Assembly: GCA_037447605.1 (NCBI GenBank)
Contig: CM074814.1
Span: 62,001-126,000, forward strand
Direction: 5' to 3'
Length of the DNA: 64,000 bases
From: Zygnema circumcarinatum SAG 698-1b
Lineage: Eukaryota; Plantae; Zygnematophyceae
A program made the translations under genes and the position numbers. This document shows positions 61,001-64,000 of this stretch, piece by piece; the first letter of the stretch is position 1, and each line of letters begins with the position of its first letter. A model generated the notes under the pieces. The model saw nothing but the letters and a program-made list of their open reading frames with translations. It ran no database searches and had not been told where the DNA came from.

Positions 61001-62837
61001 ATAGAGTTTTCAAAAAAATACAAACCCAAACCACGCAGAAGATTTGTGTATGTAGCTTCAATGCGCACCTGCTGCCTTTCCACCCGTCTTGACAATAAAT
61101 ATCAAGGAGATTCCGCTCCAGTCGGATTCGGTGCAATTGATTTTTAACTCGAGCTTTAATTCTTGCCACATCACTGACTGCAGTGAATCTCTTCTTTCTC
61201 TTTTTTGATCTTCGCTTTCGTTCAACTCCATCTCCTTTATAACCAATCACACTACCAGGAATCTCCTTGTCCACAGCAACGGCAATTCGACAATTTTCAA
61301 GAAATGGTAAGTTTTCTTTGTCATCCGATTCAGTTGCGAGACTGGCTTTCCCACCCTTTTGAGCTACCAGATCCCCCGCATGAGCTCTTGGGGCCGATGC
61401 CCCACAATGGCATTTCCTAGCTGGACATCCACAAGCCCTCCTTCCAGTTCCAGGACCTTTTTTTTTGTTCTTTCTCAGATTCTGCTGCCGAAAACTGGTC
61501 GTTTCCAAATCCCTCATCACAACAGGAGACACCTTGTCTTCCTTTTCTCCCCTTTCCGCTATTTCCCCCTCTCCTGAAATAGCTGTGGAACTGCTCGGGG
61601 TGCCTGAAAGCGACAAACAAAGTAGAGCAGCTGCCCCGCAAGTGCAGAGTCTGGAAGGACATCCACACATTCTCCGCCCTGTTCCTGGCCCCTTGCCTTT
61701 GGAGCAATTGACACTCAATTTTGAAACTTCTGAATAAGAACCTGGCGCTTGACGATGTCTGGGCCTAAGATTAGCCGCAGACGCAAGATTGGCGGGAGCT
61801 GACTGAGCTCCACAGCGACAGATTCTTGCAGGACAGCCGCAAGCTCGCTTACCCGAACCAGGACCTCTCCTCACAGTGAAAGTCAGCATGTCTTTTCCAT
61901 TTCTGGCCCCATTTTCTCCCATCTCTTCAGCGCTATCACCGCCATTTACAGAAGCTTCATCAAACTTGCTTTTTCCTGTCCTCCTCTTGGACCTCACTGA
62001 TTTAACTTCCTTCATTGAATTGTCTCCCTTTCCTTCAGGAGTGACAAACTTCCCCCCCTCCCTTCCTGGCGTGCAGGATGGTTTTCCACATTCGCATTTA
62101 ACTGATGCGTCAATGCTCGGGGCATAACTAGCGGCATCTGCTTCCCCTCGCATACCACCCTTGCCCTCCCTTACCTCCGATGACAAGATTGGATGGCCAC
62201 CCTTCGCTCGTCCATGATCTCCAGCTCCGCCAGCAAAAGAATTAATCTTTGCGTTGGCATTGTTGAGTGAGGACGATGAATTGAACTGCGCCGTGCTCAC
62301 ACCTCCTCTTGCTCCACAACGGCACTTTCGCGCTGGACATCCACACGGCCGTAAGCTTGAGCTTCGGATATGCCTCGACTGCTTAAAATTCTCATCCTTA
62401 TCCCTGCGAGAATCTTTATCTTTTTCACCAGTCTGAGCTTCGTGATTAAAATTTTCCTCGCCTTTAATGTCAACCGCACCGTCAGCTGCTGAACTTGCAG
62501 CTCCGGCTGTTCTATCACACTTGCATTCCTTCTCACTGAATCCATTCAAACCGATTCGATCGGCATCAGCCTTGCCATTCTCTGCCACCTCCACTGAACA
62601 ATTCTGCTTGCCAACATTGCCGGGAAGCTTCTCCTTTTCCTTCTCCATCTCGTCAAGGCTCGACTTTCTGCTCGCATGATCCTGCAAATGGCTGTCCGAC
62701 CGTCTGCTGGACGAGCTCCGCTTCCTCTTCAGCCGTATTTCTCCTTGCTGCTCGCTAATTCCCGCCTTCTTTGCCGCAACATGTCCGCAAGCACACCTCC
62801 GCGAAGGGCAGCCGCAGCTTCTCGTGCCGGTAGGCAT
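55027..62837 (-). CDS. PHD-finger homeodomain protein (PRH/HAT3.1 family) with a long Cys-motif N-terminus and a long low-complexity C-terminus; about 8 exons
   Basis: Exons ~62837-61069, 60428-60263, 60070-59947, 59725-59610, 59449-58913, 58427-57978, 57596-57507 and 57153-55027. Family motif LLDIYCQDGWKGSSREKVRPDSELERA; PHD IFCAKC...[24 protein letters not shown]...PPGEEGWLCPACDC; WPSDDAEDEDYDP; GKRRRNAVDYKKLNEELFG; homeodomain LEQVFTVNQLPSKAHKEHLARKL...VDRWFRNVRH. The start codon is inferred. Confidence 0.88.
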
Positions 62838-64000
62838 GATCAGCAATGTCGAAAAATAATAATTTGCAATGATAAATCATTTGATGATCATCAATGCTTC
62901 AAGATGCACATTTGCAACTAACGCAGAGGCAGATTTGCCACTGCGTTTGGCTGAATCTGTCCAAAGAACAGCGCGAATTGGAAGCAGCTGGCTGAAGAAA
63001 TTAAGAAGCAATACAATTCAAGCTGGAATTGACGGAATCGCCAACCGAGACCTGCTCTTGCAATGTGAAGGACGGCAGGAACACAGACAAGAAAAAAGAT
63101 TAAGCGCGTCTGCTAAAGTTAAGATTAAAGGGCATTCTGAGGAAGCACAATTCAACGCGCGTGAGGCAATTGCAGGACATTTAGCGCTTTAAAAAGCTTT
63201 AATCTTTTTTAACCATGGCTGGCGGACCGTGGTGAAGCAGGCAGGCAGGCGGAGGAATGGCTCCCTCGTAAGGGGCTAACTGCTCCTGCAGGGCAGGCAG
63301 ACAGATATGACCCACGGGCAGCCCAAACGTTTCAAAATAAAAAAGTTCAAACTTGCTTTATTTCCGGGCACAATGGGTTTGGAGTTTTAAAACGGGTGCC
63401 GGCCCTCTGATTGGCTGAGAGGACAGGTGGAAAACCTTTTCAGACTACCCGGACGGCCTCGGTTTGCTCGGACTTTTTGCGGTCAAAGCATTTTATTATG
63501 AATTTTGTATTTTTGAAAATCGACGGCGAGAGTCTTCCCGAGCGCTCATCGGACGGTGGATATCGGCCAAAGGGCTGTCAAATATCGGATTTCTTCGCGG
63601 TTTTTGGGAAAAAACCGGAAGGAAGGATCGGATTCTCTCGTTCTCCATTCATAGGACGGGAAAGCGATTCGAAAATGGCGATTTCTTGGTTTTACCCCCT
63701 TTGTACCCAATTACTGGCACGCTGCTTTCCACCTGAGCGCAGCCAACTACTTTTTCAACCAAGTGGCGACACCGCGTTTGTACGGACGGACAGATTGGTA
63801 CAAAAATAGCGTGGCAATCGGACGGCTCTGAGGACACCGGTGGCCAAAACCGAGCGGTGATTGGACGCCCTTCCAGCAGGGTACTCGTTTCATGTGGATC
63901 CAGCATTGTTGAACCAGAAATCCACCCCCCGACGACTTCACAAGATCAACCCAAATTCTCTCAAGATCCACAGCGCATCGCTCAAAGATTCAGATTGCAG

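Noticed and set aside
1-64000. tRNA, rRNA or other structured RNA genes
   Set aside because: None recognised by eye. A tRNAscan-SE or Infernal/Rfam scan would be needed to exclude small RNAs.

Overview
Gene-dense, intron-rich eukaryotic nuclear DNA from a green plant lineage. The gene set and short introns suggest a streptophyte alga or early-diverging streptophyte (inference). I reconstructed ten spliced genes by hand plus one partial gene: a partial, probably plastid-targeted protein (-), a TPR protein (+), RecQsim helicase (-), ATXR5/6 H3K27 monomethyltransferase (+), choline/ethanolamine kinase (-), STAR/KH-QUA2 RNA-binding protein (-), SKIP14/28-like F-box protein (+), FAD synthetase (-), BioF (+), kinesin-14 (+) and a PHD-homeodomain protein (-). 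Most sit in head-to-head pairs. The standout feature is an ~11 kb intron in RecQsim, filled almost entirely by a (GGGCA)n-type G-quadruplex-forming satellite that begins at the first base of a non-canonical GC splice donor. RecQ helicases unwind G4 DNA, so this could be a self-sensing element (hypothesis only). RecQsim also appears to share a bidirectional E2F-site promoter with ATXR5/6. Other leads are a five-copy CGCPxRxCxCG motif in the PHD-homeodomain protein, a recurring G-box plus GTACGG promoter module, and QKI-type elements at candidate 3'UTR splice sites of the STAR gene. The huge ORFs in 6-17.7 kb are judged repeat artefacts. Splice sites were placed by eye and may be off by a few bases; family assignments rest on recalled motifs, not database searches.
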